A DNA stretch of 61,514 nt, the filler included. It is 5 parts of 5 records of this genome, joined end to end, with 100 filler letters (N's around TTAATTAATTAA, not from the genome) between each part and the next. Parts side by side here need not be neighbours in the genome. Positions count along the whole stretch, not along the records: positions 28,798 to 39,222 come from SRR31156797_3763; positions 39,323 to 56,076 come from SRR31156797_3766; 3 more parts are not named here. The stretch is one strand, 5' to 3'. Below the pieces are notes generated by a model that was not told the origin of the DNA, made no database searches, and worked only from the letters and a program-made list of their open reading frames with translations. Every line of letters begins with the position of its first letter. Positions within the stretch are counted from its first letter, which is position 1. The position numbers and the translations under genes are program-made. Shown piece by piece: positions 31,636 through 42,001 of the stretch.

Positions 31636-34600
31636 ATGACTCATAACCGATTAATTAAAACATGTTTTGTTTTCCTTTTTACAATAACTTTATGTGGATT
31701 AGGATTTCAAAGTAATGCAGTGCCCAAAATTTCAGCACAACAGAATAATACTTCCCTTGCACAGTTAAAAGTTCAGTCGGAAGTAATGCCATTGGCTGTA
31801 GAAGACAAAAAACCGTTATTCAGCTGGCAGATGTTATCTTCTGAAATTGGCCAAAAACAAGAAGCTTACCAAATTATTGTTTCCAGAGAAACCGACGATA
31901 AAGTAGTATGGAACAGCGGTAAAGTTGAAAGTGGAGAATCCAATAATATTTCATATATGGGAGTTGCCCTTCAACCAGAAATGAGTTACTCCTGGGAAAT
32001 AACCGTTTGGGATAAAAATGGGAATAAACTAAATGAATCCTCGAGGTTTGAAACCGGATTAATGAATCCAAAACTACATGCCTGGGAAGGTGCTGAATTT
32101 ATTGGAACAAATGAATTAACACTCGATGCTACCTCTGCATTGCTTTTTGAAATCAATACTGATTTTCAAATCATAGAAGGAAACACTGCTTCTGTTATTT
32201 TTGGTGCAAACGATTTTCGATTCTCTGACAAATTTCTGAATATCGAAAATGTGGAAGGCGAGAATTATGTACGTTTCACTTTCGACATCTCGGAAGCCGG
32301 ATCTGAAACAGGAACAGTGCTGAAAATATACAGAGTTGGATATGTGCAAGGCGATTCACCAACAAAGCCATACCTCGAAATTTCAGAAAAAAATAATCCC
32401 GGTACAAACATCAATGAATTGATTACGGCATCCGGTAAAAATCAAAAACATAACCTTTCAATCTCTGTCAATGCCGGTGAAATTACAGTAAGAATCGACG
32501 GAAAAGAATTGTTACTCGAAGCACCCCCGGCTGCAAACGGTATGGAAGCCGGTGCACCTCCACAAAGGTTTCGAAGGGCACCTTCAATTTCAGTCAGCAA
32601 TTATAGTACAGGAAATAATTTTAACACTTATCCAAACCTTAATTCTGTTGGATTTGCAGCAGTACCGGGCTCAAAAGTTGTTTTTTCTGATTATAAAATA
32701 TTGAATTCAGGACAAAGCAATCCGGAAAATAATGTTGTTTTTGGTGCGAATACGAAAGCAAACTATTCCATTTTTAAAGAATTACAGGGAATTTCTGTGA
32801 ACAATTCAAACAACTCCATTACAGTTGAGAACATAACTGAAGAAGTTTTAATTGGATATGCCGATCCAAGTCATGGCTCACTTTCCATGTTACGTACCGA
32901 TTTTTCCACGGAAGAAGGAAAAGAAATTTCAAAAGCGAAAATGTATGTTACAGCAATGGGTGCTTACGAAATGTTTATTAACGGGCAAAGAATGGGGAAT
33001 GACTGGTTTCCGCCGGGCGACAGCCAGTTCCGTGAAACTCTTTGTTACTACGCATACAATGTTACCGATATGATTAAAAACGGAAATAACTCCCTGGGAG
33101 CCATTTTAAATCCGGGTTGGTACACTGGATACATGACTTATAGCCCCCGGAATTTTAACTTTTTCGGCGACACCGAAGCACTACTGGCTAAACTGGTTAT
33201 TACATATAACGATGGTTCAAAAAAAGTTGTAATAACCGACAATAAAAGCTGGAAGATATTTAAAGATGGTCCGATCGAATATGGAAGTTTCTTTCAGGGC
33301 GAACGTTATAATGCAAATAAAGAAAAAAACATTTCTGTAAATGATAATATTAACGGTTGGGCAACCACTGCATACGATGACAGTAAATGGGAAAAACCGG
33401 AGATTGTTAAACCACGAGATTGGATAAACTTCGATATAGTTGCCCGCTACGATCGTCCGGTGCGTATAGTTGAAACTTTACAGGCAAAATCATTATCAGA
33501 AATCTATAGCAATGATAAACATACGTATACTTATGACATGGGCGTTAACATGGTTGGAGTGCCATCGATTACCATTCCTGAAGGTTGGCTAAAGAAAGGA
33601 GATCAGGTAATCCTTCGGTATGGAGAACAACTGTATCCCGGTTTGCGGGGCGATGATAAAGAATATGTGGATTTATACGGTTTTAACAGAAAAGGTAAAG
33701 GCATAGCCGGACGTATTCAAAGAGAAACATACCGGGCTGCTTTGGCAACCGATTTCTATACGGCCAAAGGAAATGACGAAGTAATTTTTACACCAACAAC
33801 TACCTATCGGGGTTATCAATACATTCAGATTACTATTCCCGGACACGAAGGCCCACTTCCGCTGGAAAATGTAAAAGGACTGGTTCTCTCGTCCGATCAA
33901 TTACCTACCGGAACCTATTTAGCCACAACAAAAGATGGAAATACAGGTGAATGGATTAACCAACTTTTTAAAAATATTCAAAGAAGCCAGTTGGGCAACT
34001 TTTTTACCATTCCTACTGATTGTCCGCAAAGAAATGAACGGATGGGTTGGACCGGCGATGCACAAGCATACACCCGCACCGGAACGTATAATTCTGATGC
34101 AAGAAATTTCTTCCGCCAATGGATGGTTGCTTTAAGAGCCGACCAGGGAGTAGGAAATGCAACCGAAGCACCTGGAGGAATTGGAAGTACGGTGCCCACA
34201 TATAACATGGCCGATGACGAAAGTTTTGCCGATGGTACAACCTGGGCTGGTGCTGTTTGTATGGTACCCTGGCAATTGTACATCCAGTATGGCGATAAAC
34301 AGATTATTGAAGAAAACATGGAAACCATGATGGCCTGGTTAAATGGAATGGATTTTTACGACTTTAATGAAGAATATACTTTCTTATCGTCAAAAACAAC
34401 CGGATTATCTGATTGGCTTGCCCCGGACAGTCACACTCCGGCCGACCTTGCAAACAATGCTATCTATATTTATTTAATGGAAGTTACAGCCATAATGGCC
34501 GATGCAATAGGAGAAACAGATTACGCTGAAATTCTAACAGACAGGCATGCAAAGGCAAAAGCCGAATGGAATGAATTATATGTCGATCCGGCTTCCGGCA

Positions 34601-35472
34601 GAACAAGAAATGCCGAAGGGTATATTGTTCATTCTCAAACTTCTTATGCCACACCGTTAAACTTTAATGCTTTTAATGAAAATAACATAAAAAAAGCTCA
34701 GGCATATTTAGCTGAATTAGCTGCCAATCCAACATTAAGTAATACAAATCCCGATGGCACAAGAGTTGAATATCCGGTTGTTCAGGGTCGCGGAGGATTT
34801 GGACAAAGTTCATCGGAATCGGCAGACGACTATTTGCCATATACAATTACTACCGGATTTTCCGGTACTCCCAACATTTTGCCGGCGTTGAGCAGAGGAG
34901 GATACATCCAGGAAGCAAACAGCATGTTCACATGTACTGATTATCCATCGTGGTTATACCCGGTTACCGAAGGAGCTACCTCGATATGGGAACGCTGGAA
35001 TGGATATGAAGCTGCTTTTGGGGAAAACACCCAAAATAACATGAACTCATTTAACCATTTTGCTCTTGGGGCTGTTGGACAATGGATGTATGAATTCCAA
35101 CTGGGAATTACTTCCGATCATGAATACGGAAAAGCAGGATATAAAGATTTTGTACTTCAGCCCGTTGCAGGCAATGGTTTTACCTCGCTAAAAGGAAGTT
35201 ATGAATCTAACTACGGAACTATTAAAAGCAGCTGGACTGCCGATGGGAATGGAAATATTACTTCATTCAACACTACGGTTCCTGCCAATACAACAGCAAC
35301 ATTGTACCTTCCGGTTAACAATGAAATAAAAAATATGAATTCTTCAGAAGGAGCTGTTTTTGTTGAAAAAACAAAACGAAATAATCTGGAAGTAGCGAAA
35401 TACAATCTTACTTCGGGTAACTTTGAATTTGTTGTTGCAGAAGAAAAAATAGATATAAAAACAGTCAAATAA
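31636..35472 (+). CDS. GH78 alpha-L-rhamnosidase
   Basis: Signal peptide; YVTAMGAYE, IPTDCPQRNERMGWTGDAQ, GATSIWERWNG..MNSFNHFALGAV, VPANTTATLYLP. Confidence 0.92.
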   Translation: MTHNRLIKTCFVFLFTITLCGLGFQSNAVPKISAQQNNTSLAQLKVQSEVMPLAVEDKKPLFSWQMLSSEIGQKQEAYQIIVSRETDDKVVWNSGKVESGESNNISYMGVALQPEMSYSWEITVWDKNGNKLNESSRFETGLMNPKLHAWEGAEFIGTNELTLDATSALLFEINTDFQIIEGNTASVIFGANDFRFSDKFLNIENVEGENYVRFTFDISEAGSETGTVLKIYRVGYVQGDSPTKPYLEISEKNNPGTNINELITASGKNQKHNLSISVNAGEITVRIDGKELLLEAPPAANGMEAGAPPQRFRRAPSISVSNYSTGNNFNTYPNLNSVGFAAVPGSKVVFSDYKILNSGQSNPENNVVFGANTKANYSIFKELQGISVNNSNNSITVENITEEVLIGYADPSHGSLSMLRTDFSTEEGKEISKAKMYVTAMGAYEMFINGQRMGNDWFPPGDSQFRETLCYYAYNVTDMIKNGNNSLGAILNPGWYTGYMTYSPRNFNFFGDTEALLAKLVITYNDGSKKVVITDNKSWKIFKDGPIEYGSFFQGERYNANKEKNISVNDNINGWATTAYDDSKWEKPEIVKPRDWINFDIVARYDRPVRIVETLQAKSLSEIYSNDKHTYTYDMGVNMVGVPSITIPEGWLKKGDQVILRYGEQLYPGLRGDDKEYVDLYGFNRKGKGIAGRIQRETYRAALATDFYTAKGNDEVIFTPTTTYRGYQYIQITIPGHEGPLPLENVKGLVLSSDQLPTGTYLATTKDGNTGEWINQLFKNIQRSQLGNFFTIPTDCPQRNERMGWTGDAQAYTRTGTYNSDARNFFRQWMVALRADQGVGNATEAPGGIGSTVPTYNMADDESFADGTTWAGAVCMVPWQLYIQYGDKQIIEENMETMMAWLNGMDFYDFNEEYTFLSSKTTGLSDWLAPDSHTPADLANNAIYIYLMEVTAIMADAIGETDYAEILTDRHAKAKAEWNELYVDPASGRTRNAEGYIVHSQTSYATPLNFNAFNENNIKKAQAYLAELAANPTLSNTNPDGTRVEYPVVQGRGGFGQSSSESADDYLPYTITTGFSGTPNILPALSRGGYIQEANSMFTCTDYPSWLYPVTEGATSIWERWNGYEAAFGENTQNNMNSFNHFALGAVGQWMYEFQLGITSDHEYGKAGYKDFVLQPVAGNGFTSLKGSYESNYGTIKSSWTADGNGNITSFNTTVPANTTATLYLPVNNEIKNMNSSEGAVFVEKTKRNNLEVAKYNLTSGNFEFVVAEEKIDIKTVK

Positions 35473-35504
35473 CAAAATTGACATATTATAATTTAACAAA
35501 TAAC

Positions 35505-35540
35505 AATATCCCGGACCAAGTTTGGTCTGGGATATTTCTT
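35505..35540 (+). terminator. intrinsic terminator
   Basis: AATATCCCGGACCAAG-TTTGGTCTGGGATATT followed by TCTT, after the GH78 gene. Confidence 0.75.
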
Positions 35541-35647
35541 AGTAAAAATGTTGTGAATTGATGCAAAATCATCCTTATTTTTCTAACTTCGTTTTCATCC
35601 AAAATACCGGAAGAGAATAACATCTATCGAAAAACATAGGTTCTTGC

Positions 35648-36271
35648 TTGTTTAAATTGAATAACGAAAGAAACATAAAATCGCTTCTAATCCTGATTTC
35701 TGCAAATGCAGATGAAAAAGCTTTTAAACAGTTTTTCGATATTTACGCTTCCCGCCTGTACCAATTCTCAAATTCATTTTTAAAAAATAAATTCCTTGCC
35801 GACGAAGTAATTTCCGATGTATTTTTTAAAATCTGGGTAAACCGTCAAAACCTGGTTAATATTCAAAATATAAAAGCTTACCTCTACAAAGCAACTTACA
35901 ATACAACTATAAATTTCATAGAAGAGGAAAAAAGAAAAAAGGCAATTGCACTTGAAGATATCGAAGTAGATATTAGCGTTGATTATATTTCTCCGGAAAC
36001 AAGCTTAATAAACGAAGAGCTTAAACAGATATTAAATAAAGCCATCGAATCGTTACCACCACGGTGTAAAATCATTTACAAACTGGCAAAAGTTGAAGAG
36101 ATGAAATATAAAGAAATTGCAGAACTACTTAACATCTCGGTAAAAACCATTGACAACCAACTTTCTATTGCCATTAAAAAAATAGGCGAGAACATAAGAT
36201 CTTACCTTGAAAATAAAGATGAAACCAAAAATTTTATGGTTCTTTTTCAACTTTTTATTCCCAAAAATTAA
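35648..36271 (+). CDS. ECF RNA polymerase sigma-70 factor (Bacteroidota type)
   Basis: DEKAFKQFF..ADEVISDVFFKIW; AIESLPPRCKIIYKL..MKYKEIAELLNISVKTIDNQL. Confidence 0.93.
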   Translation: MFKLNNERNIKSLLILISANADEKAFKQFFDIYASRLYQFSNSFLKNKFLADEVISDVFFKIWVNRQNLVNIQNIKAYLYKATYNTTINFIEEEKRKKAIALEDIEVDISVDYISPETSLINEELKQILNKAIESLPPRCKIIYKLAKVEEMKYKEIAELLNISVKTIDNQLSIAIKKIGENIRSYLENKDETKNFMVLFQLFIPKN

Positions 36272-36341
36272 TTTTTTATTCTCTCCCTTTAGGGGATTTC
36301 AAAATAACTACTGTTTAAGTAAATAGAAAACACAATTTTTT

Positions 36342-37352
36342 ATGAACGAAAAAGATATCTGGCAATATATCTCCAGAAAATTTTCAGGCGAAATCACCCC
36401 CAAAGAAGAAGCATTTATAAAAAAATGGCGCGAGGCAGATGATGTAAATAATGAAACGTATAAGCGTGTTGAACAGGTTTGGGCAAATAAAACCAACGAA
36501 AAGATAAACACAAACCACATTTATAAATCGTTGCAATACAGAATCTCTGAATATCAGAAGAAGCAAAAAAACACCCGGTTTATTTATTATTTCCAAAGAA
36601 TTGCAGCCATATTTTTCTTCTTAATCGTTTCGGTATTTATAATTAAAAATTACCTGATGGAAGAAAAACAACAGGAAATCGTTTATCAGGAAATTCATGT
36701 TCCAAGAGGAAGCAGAACTTCAATTATTCTGTCCGACAGCACAAAAGTATGGTTAAGTAACGATTCAAAATTAAAGTACCCCAGTACTTTTAATGGAGAT
36801 TACAGGGAACTGGAACTTTCCGGAGAGGCATATTTTGAAGTCGCTCACAACGAAAAGAGACCTTTTATAGTGAATATTGGCGATAACAGAATTAAAGTTA
36901 TTGGAACAGTTTTTTCGGTAACTGCCTATCCCGGCGACAACACAGTAAAAACAGATTTGATTTCAGGAAGTATACAATTTGACATTCTTGTTGGTTCTGA
37001 AAAAAACCAATACAAATCTTATAAGCTAAAACCTTCTGAAAGTGTTGTTCTCGATAAAACCACAGGAAAGTTATATGAAGCAGAGGTATTAGCCGATTTT
37101 TATGATTACTGGGAAAAAGGAGTTTATGTTTTCACCAATGAATCGCTTGAAAACCTGGCAAATAAAATATCGCGTATTTATAACGTGGAAGTTGTATTTG
37201 GAAATGAGGTTTTGAAAAGCAAACGATTTAGCGGGATTTTAAGTGTAAACGACAATATTTTTACCTTTTTCGAAGCAATAAAACGTACATCAATCGAGCC
37301 TGTTGAATACAGCTACGATGATAATAAGATATACATTAAACTAAAAAACTAA
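36342..37352 (+). CDS. FecR-family anti-sigma factor
   Basis: Single TM; LSDSTKVWLSNDSKL, LSGEAYFEVAHN, VIGTVFSV. Confidence 0.92.
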   Translation: MNEKDIWQYISRKFSGEITPKEEAFIKKWREADDVNNETYKRVEQVWANKTNEKINTNHIYKSLQYRISEYQKKQKNTRFIYYFQRIAAIFFFLIVSVFIIKNYLMEEKQQEIVYQEIHVPRGSRTSIILSDSTKVWLSNDSKLKYPSTFNGDYRELELSGEAYFEVAHNEKRPFIVNIGDNRIKVIGTVFSVTAYPGDNTVKTDLISGSIQFDILVGSEKNQYKSYKLKPSESVVLDKTTGKLYEAEVLADFYDYWEKGVYVFTNESLENLANKISRIYNVEVVFGNEVLKSKRFSGILSVNDNIFTFFEAIKRTSIEPVEYSYDDNKIYIKLKN

Positions 37353-37379
37353 TTTGCCTATGTAAAAATAGAAAAAGAA

Positions 37380-37459
37380 AAGACGGTAATGCTACCAACA
37401 TTTCCCGTCTTAACCGACCCCAGAGGTCTGATTTTTAACGCCATAGCCCAAAAGGCTAT
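37380..37459 (+). promoter_or_regulatory. structured fecR-susC intergenic leader
   Basis: AAGACGG-TAATG..CATT-TC-CCGTCTT stem, then GACC..GGTC and ATAGCC-CAAAA-GGCTAT hairpins. Confidence 0.5.
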
Positions 37460-37486
37460 AAGTCATTAACTTAACAAAACAAAAGT

Positions 37487-39222
37487 ATGAAAAAAAACAA
37501 TTTCTGTGAAGAAAGCAATAGTTTTCTTCCGGTGAAAAAATTATTGCTAATGGCAAAGATTACATCACTTTTAATATTTATTACTTTTTTACAAGTATCG
37601 GCAAACAGTTATTCGCAAACCGGCAAAGTCGACTTAAATGTGAATAACAAAACGTTAGTTGATATCTTTCAGCAAATTGAAGAAGAAAGTAATTATCGTT
37701 TCTTTTATGATAATGAACAAGTGGACCTATCCAAAAAAGTTACTTTTCAAAGCGAGGATGAAAATTTATCGGTAATACTTGAAGAGATATTTAAGGGTAC
37801 CGACCTCACGTATGAAATGATGGATAACCTGATTCTGGTTAAATCAAAAAGCGGAATCACCCGCTCAAAAACAAGTTCTTTAACTGTTCAGCAAAACCAG
37901 ATTTCAGGTAAAGTTACCGACAGTAACGGGCAACCATTACCCGGAGTAACAGTAGTAATTAAGGGAACAACCAACGGAACTATAACCGATTTTGATGGAA
38001 ACTACACCCTCTCAAATGTACCTGAGGGAACGGTTCTTCAGTTCTCGTTTGTTGGCATGAGAACCATTGATATAGAAGTTGGAAATCAAACTTCCATTAA
38101 TGCAACTATGACTGAAGACACTATTGGACTGGAGGAAGTTATAGCAATTGGTTATGGTACCCAAAAGAAAGAAACCGTTACAGGTGCAATAACACAAGTA
38201 CGAACCGATGATGTTAAAATGAGTCCGGTTACAAAATTAACCGATGGTTTAGCTGGTCGTATGTCGGGTGTAATTATCAATCAACGGGGTGGCCAGCCCG
38301 GACGTACCGAAACTGAAATTTTTATTCGTGGTAAAAGTACAACCGAAGACAGTTCTCCATTGTATGTAATCGACGGAATTGCCCGCGACTATAATGGATT
38401 GGATCGCCTTGATCCAAATGAGATAGAATCAATTACCATTTTGAAAGATGCTTCGGCAGCTATTTATGGTGCAAGAGCAGCAAATGGTGTAATTCTGATT
38501 ACCACCAAACGCGGTGCTGTTGGTAAACCAACCATTCAGTTTTCATATAATCATGGTTTTTCACAACCTACAAGGATGGAAAATCTGGCAAATTCAGTTC
38601 AGTATGCCGAAACATGGAACCTGGTAAACGAAATTAGAGGAATGTCTCCGCAATATTCGGCTGAAGAAATTCAAAAATTCAAAGATGGCTCTGACCCGTT
38701 ATTGTATCCAAATACAAATTGGAACGACGTAGTTTATAAAAACTGGAACAGCCAGGACAAAGCTAATGTTTCTGTTCGCGGCGGCTCCGAAAATGTAAAA
38801 TACTTTGTTTCTGCTGGTTACCTCAATCAAAGCTCTCCTTTTAACGAAGGTTTTGGTTTCAACAAACAATACAATGTAAGATCGAATATTGATGCTACCA
38901 TCAATAAAAACCTGACGGTATCGCTTGATTTATCTGCCCGTTTAGATGATATTTTATCGGCAGACGTAGATTTACCTCATATCTCGCTGGGGTATCCCTA
39001 TGTAAATGCTATTTTCCCCGGTACTGATTATTACGCAAATGCACGTACCGGCGATAATGTTTTACAAATGGTGCAGGATAAAGAATATGCTTACACTTCA
39101 ACCGACAGAGGAGTACTTACTGGCTCACTTTCTGCCACTTACAAAATTCCAGGTATTGAAGGATTAAGCCTTTCAGGAACTTTTGCCTATGACTACAATA
39201 AAAACTACGAAAAAGATTATGT
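37487..39222 (+). CDS. susC: SusC/RagA TonB-dependent transducer with N-terminal STN domain (partial)
   Basis: STN extension, GKVTDSNGQPLPGVTV, LEEVIAIGYGTQKK, IESITILKDASAAIYGARAANGVILITTKRG. Confidence 0.93.
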
Positions 39223-39322
39223 NNNNNNNNNNNNNNNNNNNNNNNNNNNNNNNNNNNNNNNNNNNNTTAATTAATTAANNNNNNNNNNNNNNNNNNNNNN
39301 NNNNNNNNNNNNNNNNNNNNNN
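39223..39322. other. artificial contig spacer
   Basis: Same linker. Confidence 0.98.
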
Positions 39323-39323
39323 C

Positions 39324-41171
39324 ATGTACGCTTTGGGCTGGACCCAGCATACTGTTGGCGTGCAGAATATTCGTTCCGCAGGTATCATTCAGCTTCTGCT
39401 CGGTAACATAGGTGTTGCCGGTGGCGGTATCAATGCCCTGCGCGGTGAACCTAATGTTCAGGGTTCTACTGACCACACTCTGTTGTATCACATCATTCCC
39501 GGTTATATGGCCATGCCGCACAACGGCTGGCAGACCTATGATGAATACATCAAGGGCAACACCCCTGTGTCCAATGATCCGCAGTCTGCCAACTGGTGGC
39601 AGCACAAGCCCAAGTACTTCGCCAGCCTGCTCAAGGCTTGGTACGGCGACAACGCCACCAAGGAAAACGGCTTCTGTTACGAGTACCTGCCCAAGATCGA
39701 GAAGGGTGAAGATTACTCGTACATGTATCTGTTTGATCGTATGTATCACAACAAGATTCGTGGTGGTATCATCATTGGTTTGAACCCCATGAATAGTGTG
39801 CCTAATACCAATAAGGTCAGAAAAGCACTGGATAATCTCGACTGGCTCGTGACTTCCGAGTTGCACCATTCCGAGACTACGGACAACTGGAAGCGTCCCG
39901 GCGTTGATCCCAAGAAGGTCAAGACCGAAGTCTTCCTGTTGCCTTCCGCTCACAGATTGGAAAAAGACGGTTCTGTCACCAACTCGGGTCGTTGGCTGCT
40001 CTGGCATTACGCCGCAACCAAGCCTGCCTTTGAAGCCAAGCCTTTCGGGGACATGTTCTGTGGCATCATGAAACGTGTGCAGAAGCTTTATGGGAAAGAA
40101 GGCGGCAAGCTGCCTGAAGCCCTGACCAAGCTCGATTATCCTGAAAAGTATGATCCTGAAGATATGTGTGCACGTATCAATGGGCGCTTTACTCGTGATG
40201 TCGAATTCAAGGGCACAAAGTACAAGAAGGGGCAGCAGGTTCCGACCTTTACCGCTCTGGCCGACGATGGTTCCACCAGCAGTCTGAACTGGCTGTACGC
40301 AGGCAGTTATACTGAAAAAGATGGCAACAAGGCCAAACGTCGTAGTACTGAACAGACCGCCATGCAGAAGAACATTGGTTTGTTCCCCAAATGGGCATGG
40401 TGTTGGCCGGTCAACCGTCGCATTCTGTACAACCGCGCTTCTGTCGATCTCAATGGTAAGCCTTACAACAAGGCCAAAGCTGTCATCGAATGGAAAGACG
40501 GTAAATGGATCGGTGATGTGCCGGATGGCGGATGGCCGCCGATGGCTACCGGTAAGGGCAAGAATCCGTTCATCATGTCCAAGCACGGTTTCGGTCAGAT
40601 CTTCGGCCCTGGTCGTCAAGATGGTCCGTTCTCCGAACATTACGAGCCGGTTGAGACGCCTGTGAAGACGAACAAGTTCTCCAAGCAGCTCAGTAGTCCG
40701 GTTTACAAGTTCGTTGACTCCGAGATGGATAAACTGGCTGCTCCGGCAGACCCCAAGTACCCCGTAGTACTGACGACTTACAGCGTGACCGAACATTGGT
40801 GTGGTGGCGGTGAGACCCGCAACATTCCGAACCTGCTTGAAGCCGAGCCGCAGCTCTACGTTGAGATGAGCCCGGAACTGGCACAGGAAAAGGGCATCAA
40901 GAATGGTGACGGTGTGATTGTTGAGTCCATTCGTGGTCGTGTCGAGGCTTTTGCCATGGTCACGATCCGCATGCGGCCTCTCAAGATTCATGGACGGACT
41001 ATCCATGAAATAGGCATGCCGTTCTGCTTTGGCTGGACGACCCCGGGAACTGGTGATTCCACGAACAGGTTGACACCGTTTGTTGGTGATCCGAATACGA
41101 CCATTCCCGAATTCAAAGCCTGCTGCGTAAACATTCGCAAGGCCAACAAGCTCACCGAGCTGGCAACCTAA
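39324..41171 (+). CDS. fdhA: formate dehydrogenase alpha subunit (FdnG/FdhA type), 5'-partial
   Basis: YALGWTQH, GGGINALRGEPNVQGSTD, WPVNRRILYNRAS, EHYEPVE, GDPNTTIPEFKA. Confidence 0.95.
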   Translation: MYALGWTQHTVGVQNIRSAGIIQLLLGNIGVAGGGINALRGEPNVQGSTDHTLLYHIIPGYMAMPHNGWQTYDEYIKGNTPVSNDPQSANWWQHKPKYFASLLKAWYGDNATKENGFCYEYLPKIEKGEDYSYMYLFDRMYHNKIRGGIIIGLNPMNSVPNTNKVRKALDNLDWLVTSELHHSETTDNWKRPGVDPKKVKTEVFLLPSAHRLEKDGSVTNSGRWLLWHYAATKPAFEAKPFGDMFCGIMKRVQKLYGKEGGKLPEALTKLDYPEKYDPEDMCARINGRFTRDVEFKGTKYKKGQQVPTFTALADDGSTSSLNWLYAGSYTEKDGNKAKRRSTEQTAMQKNIGLFPKWAWCWPVNRRILYNRASVDLNGKPYNKAKAVIEWKDGKWIGDVPDGGWPPMATGKGKNPFIMSKHGFGQIFGPGRQDGPFSEHYEPVETPVKTNKFSKQLSSPVYKFVDSEMDKLAAPADPKYPVVLTTYSVTEHWCGGGETRNIPNLLEAEPQLYVEMSPELAQEKGIKNGDGVIVESIRGRVEAFAMVTIRMRPLKIHGRTIHEIGMPFCFGWTTPGTGDSTNRLTPFVGDPNTTIPEFKACCVNIRKANKLTELAT

Positions 41172-41182
41172 AGGAGTACGCC

Positions 41183-41917
41183 ATGCCCAAGACGATATTA
41201 GTCGATACGTCCCGCTGCACAGCGTGCCGCGGTTGTCAAATAGCCTGCAAGGAGTGGCATGAGCTGCCTGCCAACAAGACCACGCAGTATAAGTGGGGCA
41301 GCCATCAGAATCCGCAGGATCTGAATGCCAATAACTATAAGCTCGTTCGTTTCAATGAGCACCTCGAAGATGGTAAGGTTCGGTGGAACTTCTTCCCCGA
41401 CCAGTGCCGTCACTGTGATCTGGCACCCTGCAAGGAAATGGGTGACATGTATATTGAGGAAGCCATCGTCAAGGATGAAGAGACCGGCGCGGTTATCTTC
41501 ACCGACAAGACCAAGGGTTTCACCAAGGAACAGTTCGAGGAAATAAAGGATTCCTGTCCGTACAACATCCCACGTCGCAATGAAAAGACCGGGGTCATGG
41601 CTAAATGCACCATGTGTAATGACAGGATTCATAACGGGATGCCGCCGGCATGTGTCAAGGTGTGTCCCACCGGCGCCATGCAGTTCGGAGAGCGGAGTGA
41701 TATGCTCAAGCTCGCGAATGCCCGGCTGGCAACATTGAAAAAGGAATACCCCAAGGCGCGCCTTGCTGATCCTGACGAAGTGAACGTCATCTACCTGCTT
41801 ATTGATGACCCCGAGAACTATCATGAGTTCTCCGTTGCTCAGGCAACGGTCGGTCCCATGAGCAAGAAGCAGTTCCTCGCAACATTGGCCAGACCCTTCA
41901 GGGCGATGAAAGCGTAA
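41183..41917 (+). CDS. fdhB: formate dehydrogenase iron-sulfur subunit
   Basis: CTACRGCQIACKEW, CRHCDLAPC, CPYNIPR, CTMCNDR..PACVKVCPTGA. Confidence 0.93.
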   Translation: MPKTILVDTSRCTACRGCQIACKEWHELPANKTTQYKWGSHQNPQDLNANNYKLVRFNEHLEDGKVRWNFFPDQCRHCDLAPCKEMGDMYIEEAIVKDEETGAVIFTDKTKGFTKEQFEEIKDSCPYNIPRRNEKTGVMAKCTMCNDRIHNGMPPACVKVCPTGAMQFGERSDMLKLANARLATLKKEYPKARLADPDEVNVIYLLIDDPENYHEFSVAQATVGPMSKKQFLATLARPFRAMKA

Positions 41918-42001
41918 CAATTAATCCTCTCCACTTGATGGGGCGGGATGCCGATGCACGGAGCATTCCGCCCCTATCAGGTAGGGTGCATGGAGCACTT
42001 C

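Noticed and set aside
39267-41006. 579-aa minus-strand ORF
   Set aside because: Antisense shadow of fdhA caused by codon bias; it runs into the linker.
39324-41171. Selenocysteine recoding in fdhA
   Set aside because: The Sec/Cys site lies in the N-terminal part missing from this contig; no in-frame TGA is visible.
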